The translations under genes were made by a program, and so were the position numbers. Below are positions 36,395-45,605 of a stretch of DNA of 64,000 nt, in pieces (the stretch's first letter is position 1; the number at the start of each line of letters is the position of its first letter). This stretch comes from Clostridia bacterium. GTDB taxonomy: Bacteria > Bacillota > Clostridia > UBA1212 > UBA1255. Location: NCBI GenBank assembly GCA_017620915.1, contig JAFZSK010000014.1, forward strand, positions 2,712 to 66,711. The letters are read 5' to 3'. The notes under the pieces were generated by a model. That model ran no database searches. It was not told the origin of the DNA and saw nothing but the letters and a program-made list of their open reading frames with translations.

Positions 36395-36800
36395 AGCAAA
36401 AGTGGGAAATTTGGCGGTTTGCTAGACGTGGGCGCCTTCTCTCACTTTTAGGAGCAGCGGGATTTTCGCGAGCGTCTAGCAAAAGTGGTCAAATATAGCG
36501 GTTTGCTAGACGCGGGCTCCTTCTCTCGCTTTTAGGAGTAGCAGGATTTTCGCGAGCGTCTAGTAAAAGTGGTCAAATCAGGTGATTTGCCAGATGCAGG
36601 CTCTTTCTTCCCCTTGAGAAGCAGTAATAATCACAATCATCGTCTAGCAAATCACGAAAAGCAACCGTTTTGCTAGAAGCAGGAGCTTTAACAGTATTGA
36701 AAATGAGCGAGAATTGTAACTGTCGTCTAGCAAATCATAAAGAACAGCCGATTTGCTAGACGCAAGCACTCTTTCTGCTTGCAAAATGGGAATAATCAGT
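36395..36800. repeat. Tandem palindromic repeat family D: 5 copies of about 84 bp, each with GTCTAGCAAA-N20-TTTGCTAGAC
   Basis: Example: CGTCTAGCAAAAGTGGTCAAATATAGCGGTTTGCTAGACG. The array sits in the divergent region between the GH109-like and DUF3737 genes. Confidence 0.85.
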
Positions 36801-36941
36801 TCTAGTGTGGATGAAAGCCGCTCGATACGGACACTTTGACTTTGGCATTCAACTGTTGGTATAATATCATTAGTTGTAAATGTGCAGAATGCGGGCAACG
36901 CCTCGCGAAGCCTGCAGTGGCACCCGGAAAGGATGATCGAC

Positions 36942-37832
36942 ATGGGCGAACAAAAAGAAGTATACACACAGATGTCCTTTGCGGGCGAACGCGCGCTGTT
37001 CGGGAAGAGCGGGATCAAAGTAGTTGACAGCGTGTTCGACAACGGCGAATCGCCGCTCAAGGAATGCCGCGACGTGGAATTGTCCTGTTGCCTTTTCCGC
37101 TGGAAATATCCGCTGTGGTACTGTGATAACGTGTACGCCGACAACTGCACCTGGTTCGAAATGGCGCGCGCCGGCGTGTGGTATTCCAAAAACATCCATA
37201 TCAAAAATACCTCCATCGAGGCGCCCAAAAACTTCCGGCGCTGCGACGGGGTCAAACTCGAGAACGTAACGTTCCACAAAGCCGAGGAGACGTTCTGGAG
37301 CTGCGAAAACATCACGCTCAATAAAGTCACTGCCTCCGGGGCGCCGTATTTCGGCATGAACAGTCGGAATATTGATATTGACGACCTGACGCTGGACGGG
37401 AATTACGCTTTTGACGGCGCCGAAAACATCGTTATCCGCAATTCGCGGCTGCTCACGAAAGACGCGTTCTGGAACAGCAAAAACGTGACCGTGTACGATT
37501 CGTTCATTTCCGGCGAATATCTGGGCTGGAATTCGCAGGACCTCACGTTTGTCAACTGCACCATCGAGAGCCTGCAGGGGATGTGCTACATTGACCGCCT
37601 GAAAATGGTCAATTGCAAGCTCATTAATACTACGCTGGCGTTCGAGTATTCGAACGTTGACGCCGGGCTCACCGGCAAAGTGGACAGCGTGTTCAACCCC
37701 GCAAGCGGCCGCATCGAAGCGGACAGCATAGGCGAACTGATCATAGAAAAGGACAAGGTCGATCCGGCCCGCACCGTGATCCTCGCCAAAGACATCGTCA
37801 AAAGATCCGACAGACCGGAGTGGATAGCATGA
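36942..37832 (+). CDS. DUF3737-family protein (parallel beta-helix repeats)
   Basis: MGEQKEVYTQMSFAGERALFGKSGIKVVDSVFDNGESPLKE... with repeated NxxxxNS/NC coils. GGAAAGG RBS. Start moved to 36942. Confidence 0.7.
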   Translation: MGEQKEVYTQMSFAGERALFGKSGIKVVDSVFDNGESPLKECRDVELSCCLFRWKYPLWYCDNVYADNCTWFEMARAGVWYSKNIHIKNTSIEAPKNFRRCDGVKLENVTFHKAEETFWSCENITLNKVTASGAPYFGMNSRNIDIDDLTLDGNYAFDGAENIVIRNSRLLTKDAFWNSKNVTVYDSFISGEYLGWNSQDLTFVNCTIESLQGMCYIDRLKMVNCKLINTTLAFEYSNVDAGLTGKVDSVFNPASGRIEADSIGELIIEKDKVDPARTVILAKDIVKRSDRPEWIA

Positions 37833-38992
37833 AGTACGATTTTGACACCGTGCATGACCGGAGAAGCACCGACAGTATCAAGTGGGCGGTCAAAGAAAAC
37901 GAGCTTCCCATGTGGGTCGCGGACATGGATTTTGCCACCGCGCCGGAGATCATAGAGGCCCTCGAAAAGCGCGCGGCACATGGCATTTTCGGGTATTCCG
38001 ACATAACCGATGAGTGGTACGGCGCATATATCGGCTGGTGGAAAAAACGGCACGGAATCGAAATGGATAAAGACGCGCTGATGTTCTGTACGGGAGTCGT
38101 GGCCGCCATATCCAGCATCGTGCGTAAATTGACCACACCCAATGAAAACGTCGTGATCCAGACCCCGGTGTACAATATCTTTTTCAACAGTATCCTCAAC
38201 AACGGCTGCCGCGTCTGCGAAAGTCCGCTGGTATATAAAGACGGTGAGTACAGCATCGATTTCGACGATCTGGACGCGAAGCTGGCCGACCCGCAGACCA
38301 CGCTGATGATCCTCTGCAACCCTCACAACCCCATCGGCAAGATCTGGGACGCCGCGACGCTCTCCCGTATCGGCGAACTGTGCAAAAAACATCACGTCAC
38401 GGTGATCTCCGACGAGATCCACTGCGATATAACCGCGCCGGGGACGGAGTATGTGCCGTTTGCATCGGTCTCCAAAACGTGCCGGGATATCAGCATCACA
38501 TGCATCGCGCCGACAAAAACGTTCAATCTCGCGGGGCTGCATACGGCGGCAATATACGTGCCCGATCCCGTGCTGCGGCATAAAGTATGGCGCGCGGTCA
38601 ATACCGACGAGGTCGCCGAGCCCAACGCGTTTGCCACCGTGGGCGCCATTGCCGCGTTTGAAAAGGGCGGGGAGTGGCTGGACGAGCTGCGGGCGTATAT
38701 TGACGGCAACCGCAATACCGTGGAAGCGTACCTGCGCGAATTCGTGCCGGAGGTCAGGCTCGTGCCCGGCGACGCCACGTACCTGCTGTGGCTGGATATC
38801 AGCGCCGTGGGGAGCAGTGCGGAGGTGGCCCGGTTCCTTCGCGAAAAGACCGGCCTTTTCATAACTGCCGGGACGGTGTACGGCCGCAGCGGCGAAGGCT
38901 TCCTGCGCATGAATATTGCCTGCCCGAAAATGCTGCTCAAAGACGGGCTCGAACGGTTTTCCGCGGGGATACGCGCTTATCTTCACAGGTGA
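37829..38992 (+). CDS. MalY/PatB-type PLP-dependent C-S lyase (aminotransferase class I/II fold; cystathionine beta-lyase-like)
   Basis: MKYDFDTVHDRRSTDSIKW...MWVADMDF...NPHNP.G..W... and a conserved PLP-lysine region SVSKT/SKTFN. ATGA overlap with the upstream gene. Confidence 0.8.
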   Translation: MKYDFDTVHDRRSTDSIKWAVKENELPMWVADMDFATAPEIIEALEKRAAHGIFGYSDITDEWYGAYIGWWKKRHGIEMDKDALMFCTGVVAAISSIVRKLTTPNENVVIQTPVYNIFFNSILNNGCRVCESPLVYKDGEYSIDFDDLDAKLADPQTTLMILCNPHNPIGKIWDAATLSRIGELCKKHHVTVISDEIHCDITAPGTEYVPFASVSKTCRDISITCIAPTKTFNLAGLHTAAIYVPDPVLRHKVWRAVNTDEVAEPNAFATVGAIAAFEKGGEWLDELRAYIDGNRNTVEAYLREFVPEVRLVPGDATYLLWLDISAVGSSAEVARFLREKTGLFITAGTVYGRSGEGFLRMNIACPKMLLKDGLERFSAGIRAYLHR

Positions 38993-39012
38993 AGCGAGGA
39001 GGCACGGCGGCG

Positions 39013-40539
39013 TTGGCCGGGGAGACAGGAAAGCAATACGAGGCCGTGATCGGCCTGGAGATACATATCGAGGTCAAAGGCGCCGGCAAGATGTTCTGCG
39101 GGTGTCCGGCGGAGTTTTCGTTGACGCCCAACGTCAACGTCTGCCCGATCTGCATGGGCTACCCCGGGGCGCTGCCGCGGTTCAACCGGCGCGTGTTGGC
39201 CCCGGCGGTGCGCGAAGGGCTGATGCTGGGCGCGGAGATCGCGCGGGAGGTCCGGTTCGACCGCAAACACTATTTTTATCCCGACCTGCCGAAGGGCTAC
39301 CAGATCACTCAGGCCGAACTGCCGCTGGCATCCGGCGGCGCGATCTTTGTGCACGGGGACAGACCCGCTTTTGAACACGGGGACAGACCAGTGTTCAAAA
39401 ACGAGGACGAAGTTGCGATCCGCATCCGCCGCATGCACATGGAGGAGGACGCCGCGAAGGTCAATTACGGCGCGGACGGCGCAATGCGCATCGACTACAA
39501 CCGCGCGGGGGTGCCGCTGCTGGAGATCGTCACCGAACCCGACCTGCGGAGCGGCGCGGAAGCGGCGGAATTCGCGGAAAAGCTGCGGCTGTACACGGTG
39601 TACGCGGGGGTCTCGGACTGCCGGATGAACGAGGGCAGTATGCGCATTGACGTCAACGTCTCCGTTCACCGCCCCGGCGATCCGCCCGGCAGCCGGGTGG
39701 AACTGAAAAACATCAATTCCTTTGCGTTCATGCGGGCGGCGATCGATTTCGAAGTCCGGCGCCAGACCGCGCTGCTGGAGGCGGGAGAGGCCGTGCCCCA
39801 GGAGACCCGGCGGTTCTCCGAGGAGACGGGGGAGACGCTCCCGATGCGAGCTAAAGAAAATTCAGCGGAGTACCGGTATCTGCCGGAGCGGGATATTGTC
39901 CCCGTGCCGGTGAGCGCGGAACTGATCGAAGCGGAACGCAAAGCATTGCCGGAAAGACCGGAGGCGAAACTCGCGCGGTATATTGAATCGTTCGGGCTGC
40001 GGGCCGCGGACGCGGAACTGATCGCCTCGGAACCGGCGCGGGCGGCGTATTATGAAGCGGTGTGCGGCGCGGCGGAAATCGCGAGGCGGTATGAGGCGGA
40101 AGCGGCCAAGTTCTGTATCTCCCGGGTGTTTCCCGGCAAGGCGTTGCTGACAACAGCGCAGACCGCGGCGATCGTACGGCTCATTGCGGAAGGCGAACTG
40201 GGCAGCGCGAATGTGGTAAAACTGATCGAGGCGGTGAGCGGCAGACCGGACGCGGATCCGGCCGCGGAGCTGGCCGCGCGGGAACTGGGGCTGATCCGGG
40301 ACGAGGCGGTACTGGCCGAGGCGGCGGACAACGCCATTCGTGATAACCCCGAGGCAGTGCGGCAATACCTGAACGGCAAAACGGCGGCGCTGCAGGCGCT
40401 GAAGGGCGCGTGCATGAAGGCGACGCGGGGGAGAGCGGAACCGATGCGACTTGATTCGGTGCTTAAAAGCAAGTTGCAAATGTCAAATGGCAAAGGGCAA
40501 GTTGCAAATGGCAAGTTGCAAATGGCAAAGGGAAAATGA
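39013..40539 (+). CDS. gatB: Asp-tRNA(Asn)/Glu-tRNA(Gln) amidotransferase subunit B, with in-frame palindromic insertion and low-complexity C-terminal tail
   Basis: YEAVIGLEIHIEVKGAGKMFCGCPAEF...CPICMGYPGALP... then the cradle domain and C-terminal YqeY-like domain. TTG start chosen at 39013 with GAGGAGG RBS. The track ORF extends spuriously upstream. Confidence 0.8.
   Translation: MAGETGKQYEAVIGLEIHIEVKGAGKMFCGCPAEFSLTPNVNVCPICMGYPGALPRFNRRVLAPAVREGLMLGAEIAREVRFDRKHYFYPDLPKGYQITQAELPLASGGAIFVHGDRPAFEHGDRPVFKNEDEVAIRIRRMHMEEDAAKVNYGADGAMRIDYNRAGVPLLEIVTEPDLRSGAEAAEFAEKLRLYTVYAGVSDCRMNEGSMRIDVNVSVHRPGDPPGSRVELKNINSFAFMRAAIDFEVRRQTALLEAGEAVPQETRRFSEETGETLPMRAKENSAEYRYLPERDIVPVPVSAELIEAERKALPERPEAKLARYIESFGLRAADAELIASEPARAAYYEAVCGAAEIARRYEAEAAKFCISRVFPGKALLTTAQTAAIVRLIAEGELGSANVVKLIEAVSGRPDADPAAELAARELGLIRDEAVLAEAADNAIRDNPEAVRQYLNGKTAALQALKGACMKATRGRAEPMRLDSVLKSKLQMSNGKGQVANGKLQMAKGK
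39345..39402. mobile_element. Tandem (about 2 copies) in-frame palindromic element inside gatB (CTTTGTGCACGGGGACAGACCCGCTTTTGAACACGGGGACAGACCAGTGTTCAAAAAC)
   Basis: Encodes the inserted peptide VHGDRPAFEHGDRPVFKN between conserved GatB segments. Confidence 0.7.
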
Positions 40540-40583
40540 TAAAGGGCAAATTGAAAATGGTGAGCGGAGAAGGGAAGAAAAAG

Positions 40584-42125
40584 ATGAGTAATGGATACGT
40601 AAACACCGGACTGCGGGAATTCACCGCGCGGCTGCCGGAGCAGAAGATCGCTGTGCTGGGCTTCGGCGTCAGCAACCGCGCGCTGCTGCGGTTTTTGAAG
40701 GCCAACGGCGCGAAAAAAGTGTTTCTGCTGGAACTGAAGGACAGCGCGGAGGCGCGGGCAGAGGCGGAGGCGCTGGCGGCGGACGGCACGCTGGCGGGAT
40801 TTACGTTCGGGGAGGGGTATCTGGACGGATTGCCCGCAGGCGGCTTCGACCTGATCTTCCGGTCGCCGATAATACGGCCGGACGAGGCGCATATTGACGC
40901 CGCCGTGCGGAACGGAGCGGTATTGACCTCCGAAATGGAAGTGTTCATGGAGCATTGCCCCTGCCCGATGTACGCCATCACCGGCAGCGACGGCAAGACC
41001 ACCACGACCACGCTCACCGCGCGCCTGCTGGAGGAACATTATAAGGACACGGACGTGCGGATCTGGCTCGGCGGCAACATCGGCACCCCCCTCATCGACA
41101 AACTCGACCTGATCCGGCCCCGCGACCGCGTGGTGCTGGAGCTGTCCAGTTTCCAGCTGATGCACACGCGCGTTTCGCCCGAAGCGTCCGCGATCACCAA
41201 CATCACGCCCAACCACCTGAACGTGCACAAGGACTATCAGGAATATATCGATGCCAAAAAGGCCATTTTCAACCGGCCGCTTTTGAACAGGGGACAGACC
41301 CCGATTTTAAACGGGGGACAGACCCGTGTTCAAAAAAAGCGGGTGGTGCTGAACGCAGGCAACGCAGTCACCGCCGGCATCGCGCGCGACCTGGCGGAAA
41401 ACAATGCGGGGGATATGATCGTTGACGTCTTTACCGCCAAATCCGCGAAGGAGACCGCGTTGACGCTGGCGCACAACGGCGCCACGGCGTATTTTGACGA
41501 CGGCAAACTCGTGTTCACCGGCTTCTGCGCGGGCTGCGGCGCCTGCGCGGGACAGCGCTTCGAACTGGCGCGGGAAAACGTGCAGCTTCCGGGCATGCAC
41601 AATGTGGAAAACCTCATGACCGCGGCGCTGCTGCTCCGGACGGAGATCAGCCCGGAGGACGTGCGCGCAGTTGCCGCCCGCTTCGGCGGCGTCGAGCACC
41701 GGCTCGAAAAAGTGCGAGAGCTGGACGGCGTGACGTACATCAACAGTTCTATTGACAGCAGCCCCGAACGCACGATCAACGCGCTCTCGGTATTTCCCGA
41801 CCGCAGCCTAGTGATGATCGCCGGAGGCAAGGACAAAAACCTCGACTACTCGCCGCTGGGCGCGCATCTGGTGCGCAAGGTCAAAACGCTGATCCTCACC
41901 GGTCCCACCGCGGACAAGATCGAGGCGTCGCTGAATGCCGCCGGAGGCGCGGATATTGTCAACGTCGTTCACGCTTCTTCGTATCCCGAGGCGGTTGCCG
42001 CCGCGCGGCGGTGCGCCGTGGCCGGAGATGTTGTCCTCCTGTCGCCCGCCAGCACCAGCTTCGACATGTTCAAAAATTTTGAAGAGCGGGGCAATACGTT
42101 CAAACGGCTGGTGAACGAGCTATAA
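40584..42125 (+). CDS. murD: UDP-N-acetylmuramoyl-L-alanine--D-glutamate ligase, carrying an in-frame palindromic insertion
   Basis: KIAVLGFGVSNRAL Rossmann-like N-terminus, Mur ligase P-loop TGSDGKTTTTTL, and ...GGNIGTPL..., ..NSSIDSSPERT.. MurD motifs. RBS GGAGAAGGG before the ATG at 40584. Confidence 0.85.
   Translation: MSNGYVNTGLREFTARLPEQKIAVLGFGVSNRALLRFLKANGAKKVFLLELKDSAEARAEAEALAADGTLAGFTFGEGYLDGLPAGGFDLIFRSPIIRPDEAHIDAAVRNGAVLTSEMEVFMEHCPCPMYAITGSDGKTTTTTLTARLLEEHYKDTDVRIWLGGNIGTPLIDKLDLIRPRDRVVLELSSFQLMHTRVSPEASAITNITPNHLNVHKDYQEYIDAKKAIFNRPLLNRGQTPILNGGQTRVQKKRVVLNAGNAVTAGIARDLAENNAGDMIVDVFTAKSAKETALTLAHNGATAYFDDGKLVFTGFCAGCGACAGQRFELARENVQLPGMHNVENLMTAALLLRTEISPEDVRAVAARFGGVEHRLEKVRELDGVTYINSSIDSSPERTINALSVFPDRSLVMIAGGKDKNLDYSPLGAHLVRKVKTLILTGPTADKIEASLNAAGGADIVNVVHASSYPEAVAAARRCAVAGDVVLLSPASTSFDMFKNFEERGNTFKRLVNEL
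41280..41338. mobile_element. Tandem in-frame palindromic element inside murD (CTTTTGAACAGGGGACAGACCCCGATTTTAAACGGGGGACAGACCCGTGTTCAAAAAAA)
   Basis: Encodes LLNRGQTPILNGGQTRVQKK, inserted in the central domain. Confidence 0.7.
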
Positions 42126-42166
42126 TAAATGTAAACGGGCGCAATAAGAATATTAACAATATAATA

Positions 42167-42196
42167 TTGAAAATACGGTATTAACTGTGTTATAAT
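42167..42196 (+). promoter_or_regulatory. Putative sigma-A promoter TTGAAA-N18-TGtTATAAT for surface-protein gene 1
   Basis: Lies in the AT-rich 42126-42250 region. -10 at 42191-42196 with an upstream TG. Confidence 0.5.
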
Positions 42197-42251
42197 CCGA
42201 ATATACTTTGGCCGGACTATGGCCACAAGTAAAATATAGGAGGTTTTTCAG

Positions 42252-45200
42252 ATGAAGAAAATCGTTTCAATAGCACTGGCGATCGTTTTAATTGCATCGC
42301 TGTGCTTGCTGAGCGTATTCGCGGACGGCACGGAAGTGACCAACCTGGCGCTCGGCAGACCGGTGGACGTGTCCATCGATTCCGGAAACGGCAATCTCGG
42401 CAGCGGATTCTGGGATAAAGACTACCTTACCGACGGTCAGGTCCCGGTATTCGGCGGCGAAGGCGATCAGTCCAGACTGGGCTGGTATGCGCAGACCATG
42501 GTCGAAGCCATCGATTGCAAGATCACCATCGATCTGGGCGGCCTGTGCGCGGTAAGCAAAGTTGTGCTTTCTCCGCAGACGTTCCTTGACGGTGCGCAGT
42601 TCCCCACGGATTATACGATCCAGGTCTCTACCGACGGTTCCGCCTGGACAAACGTTGCCGGCGAGACCGGTCACACCGCGTCCTCTACCGCAAACGTTGT
42701 ATTGACGTTTGACGAAGTAGACGCGCGTTATGTCCGCATGGCTATAACCAAAGCCGGCGTTGCCCCGGGCGACGGCACGTATCATACCGGTTTTGCCGAG
42801 TTCGAGATCTACGGCTATGCAAAAGGCGAGATCGCGGAACCCGATACCGAAGTGTACACTGCGGCGGGCGGCGGTATCGTTTGGGATGCCGGTGTATGGC
42901 TTGCCAACGAAACCGATGTCGACGGACACGGTGGCCGTACTTTCGGCGCAATGGTCAATACCAGCGCTCCCATCCTTGAAGCCGGTGTTCCCAACTACTG
43001 GGCCAGCAATCCCAACAACAACGCGGCACAGGCCAGAGCCACAGTACATATTAATGTATACAAATTTGACACCAACTATGCCGCGACCAAGAAGATCGCT
43101 CCGGTCGCTTCCGGAGAAGTGGAACTTGCCGGTGACTCGGGTGTAGGCGAAGTAACGGAAGTCGCGGGCACGAACTGCAAGATCGTGGCCAACGGCAGCG
43201 CCGGTGCAAAACTTGTATTTAACACTCCGCTCGAAGCCGGCCAGTACCTGATCGAGATCAGCCAGGTTACGCAGCAGGAAGCATCTCACTATCTTGTTCT
43301 GCCCATGACGCAGGAAGCTCCCGGTTCTAAGGCTACTTACTACCTGAACGATGTGCTTCAGGACAACCTGACCTGCAGAGTGCGTCTGCTGCTGAAGGGC
43401 TCCGGCGAACTGCTGGATGTGACCGCGGACTCTGAAGCCGAGTTCAAACATTCGCTTGACGCGCTTGCGGTTAACGAGAACAAATATCCTGTCTCCTCTA
43501 ACCAGAACGAGGCGACCACGATCACTATCAATGAAGGCGATAAGCTTTATATCCTCGGCTGGACCGCCAAGACCGGTACGAACCTTGATAAGATCATCTG
43601 GCAGTACATTGAAGGCGACCACAAGTTCAATGAGGACGGCGTGGAGATCATCACAAAAGATTGCTCCGACACGTACAGACCCAGAACGGAGATCTCTCCG
43701 TATATTGGCGTCAACGAAGCGTTCCTTACCAACGCCGGTTTCGGTCTGGACAACAGCCTGATGGAACTGGTGGGCGTTGACGAACTGGCTCCCGGAACGT
43801 ATTCTCTGAGAATCCGTGCCCAGTTTGATGACGGCTCCGACGGCGCGATAAAAAAGAAATTCGTGCTGAATGTTGTCGAGACTCCGAAGGTCAAAGTTAT
43901 CCTTGGCACCGAAGAGACCGCTGTCAAACCCGACGCGGTATCTCAGGTCGCACTGTCCATGGACGAAGGCAGCATGGTCGTTGCCACCAATTCGGATGCT
44001 TCCGATCCCTGGGTCTCCATCCCGCTGAACAACATCGACACTTCCGTGTACACTTCGTTCACGGTCAAGTACAGACTGGTAGGCGAGAGCGCGTTCGCAG
44101 CCAACAACGTCTACTTGCGCGACACCGAAGTCAACAAGGGTTACTCCGGCGTGGGCGGCACCTGGCATGCTCCGGAAATGGACGGCAAGACCGAGAGAAC
44201 ATTCGTTATTGCCGATGACTTCCCGACCATGGCCGGCACGCTTCTTACCGGTGTGCGCTTTGTGGCCTGCAAGCCCGGCCAGACGTTCATAATCGACTCC
44301 ATCACCTTCAACAAGGCGGAAGAGCCGCACACTCCCGTAACGCGCAGCTTTGACTCCGCTACGGACAATCAGTACTTTGACGCCATCTTCATCAACGACG
44401 AAGAAGGCCCGAGAGCTAACGGCAACGACGCGGTGGCGGCCCTCAAAGCCCTCATCGACGGCAGCGCCGAAGAGATCAACAAGATCGGTCTGTACGGCTG
44501 GTTCGCCTCCGATTCTCCGATCGTGCAGTTCGGTTATATCCTTGACGACGCTGATCCTGTGTTTGACGACTCGTTCGTTGCTCCCTTCGGCAGCCCCGAA
44601 GAGGAAGCTACCATCACCGGCACCAGAGCGGGCGGCAAGAGATACCGCGTCAACGTTGACGTCTCCGGCCTGAAGGACGGTGCGACTCACGTTATTAAAG
44701 TAGTTGCCAAACTCGAGAACGGCGACATCGTTATCTTCGACAGACCGAATAGAGAAGCTATCGTGAACTATCAGGCTCCCGCACCGGCGGAGACCCCGTT
44801 CGTGGAATATATGTCCCGCGACCAGGTCACCATCGACGGCGTTGACAAAGCGAGCTTCGGCGGCAACGCTGAAGTCACCGATATCGCGGACAATCTGTAC
44901 GCTGACTTCGGCAAGCAGCTGCGCTTCTGGGGCTGGTACGGCAACAACAAATCGCTGGAGAAATACGGCGTGAGAGTTGACGGCGGCGAGGCTCAGTATT
45001 TCGACAGATACGAGGCTGAGGACATTGTCAACCACTTCAAAGCCAACCTGATCAAAGACGACGACGTGTACGCGTCCCGCTTTGAGATCTTCGTTGACAT
45101 CACCGAAGGTCAGCACACCGCGGAAGTGTTCGCGGTCGTGAACGGCGAAGAGCACCTGATCTGGACGATCAACTACAACTGCATGCCTGAGGAAGTTCCT

Positions 45201-45323
45201 CAGACGACCAAGCCCGGGACCGAGCCTCCGCAGACCGGCGACGCGCTGCTTGCGATGTTCGCGGTCATCGCTGTGCTGGCCATGAGCGCTGCTGTGGTGT
45301 TCGCCCGCAGAAAGTCTCACTGA
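42252..45323 (+). CDS. Large cell-wall-anchored surface protein: N-terminal F5/8 type C (discoidin/CBM32-like) domain, repeated about 110-aa modules of unknown function, C-terminal PPQTGD sorting motif plus TM and positively charged tail
   Basis: Signal peptide MKKIVSIALAIVLIASLCLLSVFA. F5/8-C-like block DYLTDGQV...YTIQVSTDGSAWTNVAG...ARYVRMAI. C-terminal ...PPQTGDALLAMFAVIAVLAMSAAVVFARRKSH. AGGAGG RBS. Confidence 0.8.
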   Translation: MKKIVSIALAIVLIASLCLLSVFADGTEVTNLALGRPVDVSIDSGNGNLGSGFWDKDYLTDGQVPVFGGEGDQSRLGWYAQTMVEAIDCKITIDLGGLCAVSKVVLSPQTFLDGAQFPTDYTIQVSTDGSAWTNVAGETGHTASSTANVVLTFDEVDARYVRMAITKAGVAPGDGTYHTGFAEFEIYGYAKGEIAEPDTEVYTAAGGGIVWDAGVWLANETDVDGHGGRTFGAMVNTSAPILEAGVPNYWASNPNNNAAQARATVHINVYKFDTNYAATKKIAPVASGEVELAGDSGVGEVTEVAGTNCKIVANGSAGAKLVFNTPLEAGQYLIEISQVTQQEASHYLVLPMTQEAPGSKATYYLNDVLQDNLTCRVRLLLKGSGELLDVTADSEAEFKHSLDALAVNENKYPVSSNQNEATTITINEGDKLYILGWTAKTGTNLDKIIWQYIEGDHKFNEDGVEIITKDCSDTYRPRTEISPYIGVNEAFLTNAGFGLDNSLMELVGVDELAPGTYSLRIRAQFDDGSDGAIKKKFVLNVVETPKVKVILGTEETAVKPDAVSQVALSMDEGSMVVATNSDASDPWVSIPLNNIDTSVYTSFTVKYRLVGESAFAANNVYLRDTEVNKGYSGVGGTWHAPEMDGKTERTFVIADDFPTMAGTLLTGVRFVACKPGQTFIIDSITFNKAEEPHTPVTRSFDSATDNQYFDAIFINDEEGPRANGNDAVAALKALIDGSAEEINKIGLYGWFASDSPIVQFGYILDDADPVFDDSFVAPFGSPEEEATITGTRAGGKRYRVNVDVSGLKDGATHVIKVVAKLENGDIVIFDRPNREAIVNYQAPAPAETPFVEYMSRDQVTIDGVDKASFGGNAEVTDIADNLYADFGKQLRFWGWYGNNKSLEKYGVRVDGGEAQYFDRYEAEDIVNHFKANLIKDDDVYASRFEIFVDITEGQHTAEVFAVVNGEEHLIWTINYNCMPEEVPQTTKPGTEPPQTGDALLAMFAVIAVLAMSAAVVFARRKSH

Positions 45324-45375
45324 GCATGATCAACCGGCCGCGCCGCAGGGCGTGACCCGGGAATAAGCAAAACTA

Positions 45376-45432
45376 AAAGAGGCTGTTCAAAAACCTGCCG
45401 ACGCGGGGGCTTGAACAGCCTCTTTATTAATT
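45376..45432 (+). terminator. Intrinsic terminator (15-bp stem AAAGAGGCTGTTCAA / TTGAACAGCCTCTTT, then T-rich tail)
   Basis: Read directly downstream of the 45323 stop. Confidence 0.7.
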
Positions 45433-45605
45433 AATTAATCTATTGAAACCGCATAAAAACGGGCAGGAAATAGTAAAATGAAAAAAATGCAGTAAAGTCA
45501 AAAAACTGTTGCGGCATTTGATTTTTTATGTTATACTGACAACGACTTGGTTTTTATGGAAAACGAAACATAAACCAAACAAAAAGAATAATTGGAGGAG
45601 TAAAC

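Noticed and set aside
37586-38986. 466-aa minus-strand ORF opposite the C-S lyase gene
   Set aside because: The plus-strand protein has full-length PLP-lyase similarity. The antisense ORF has no motifs and no RBS.
42288-45320. 1010-aa minus-strand ORF opposite surface protein 1 (and 47781..49409 opposite protein 2)
   Set aside because: The plus-strand genes have signal peptides, sortase signals, RBSs and a recognisable F5/8-C domain. The antisense ORFs have none.
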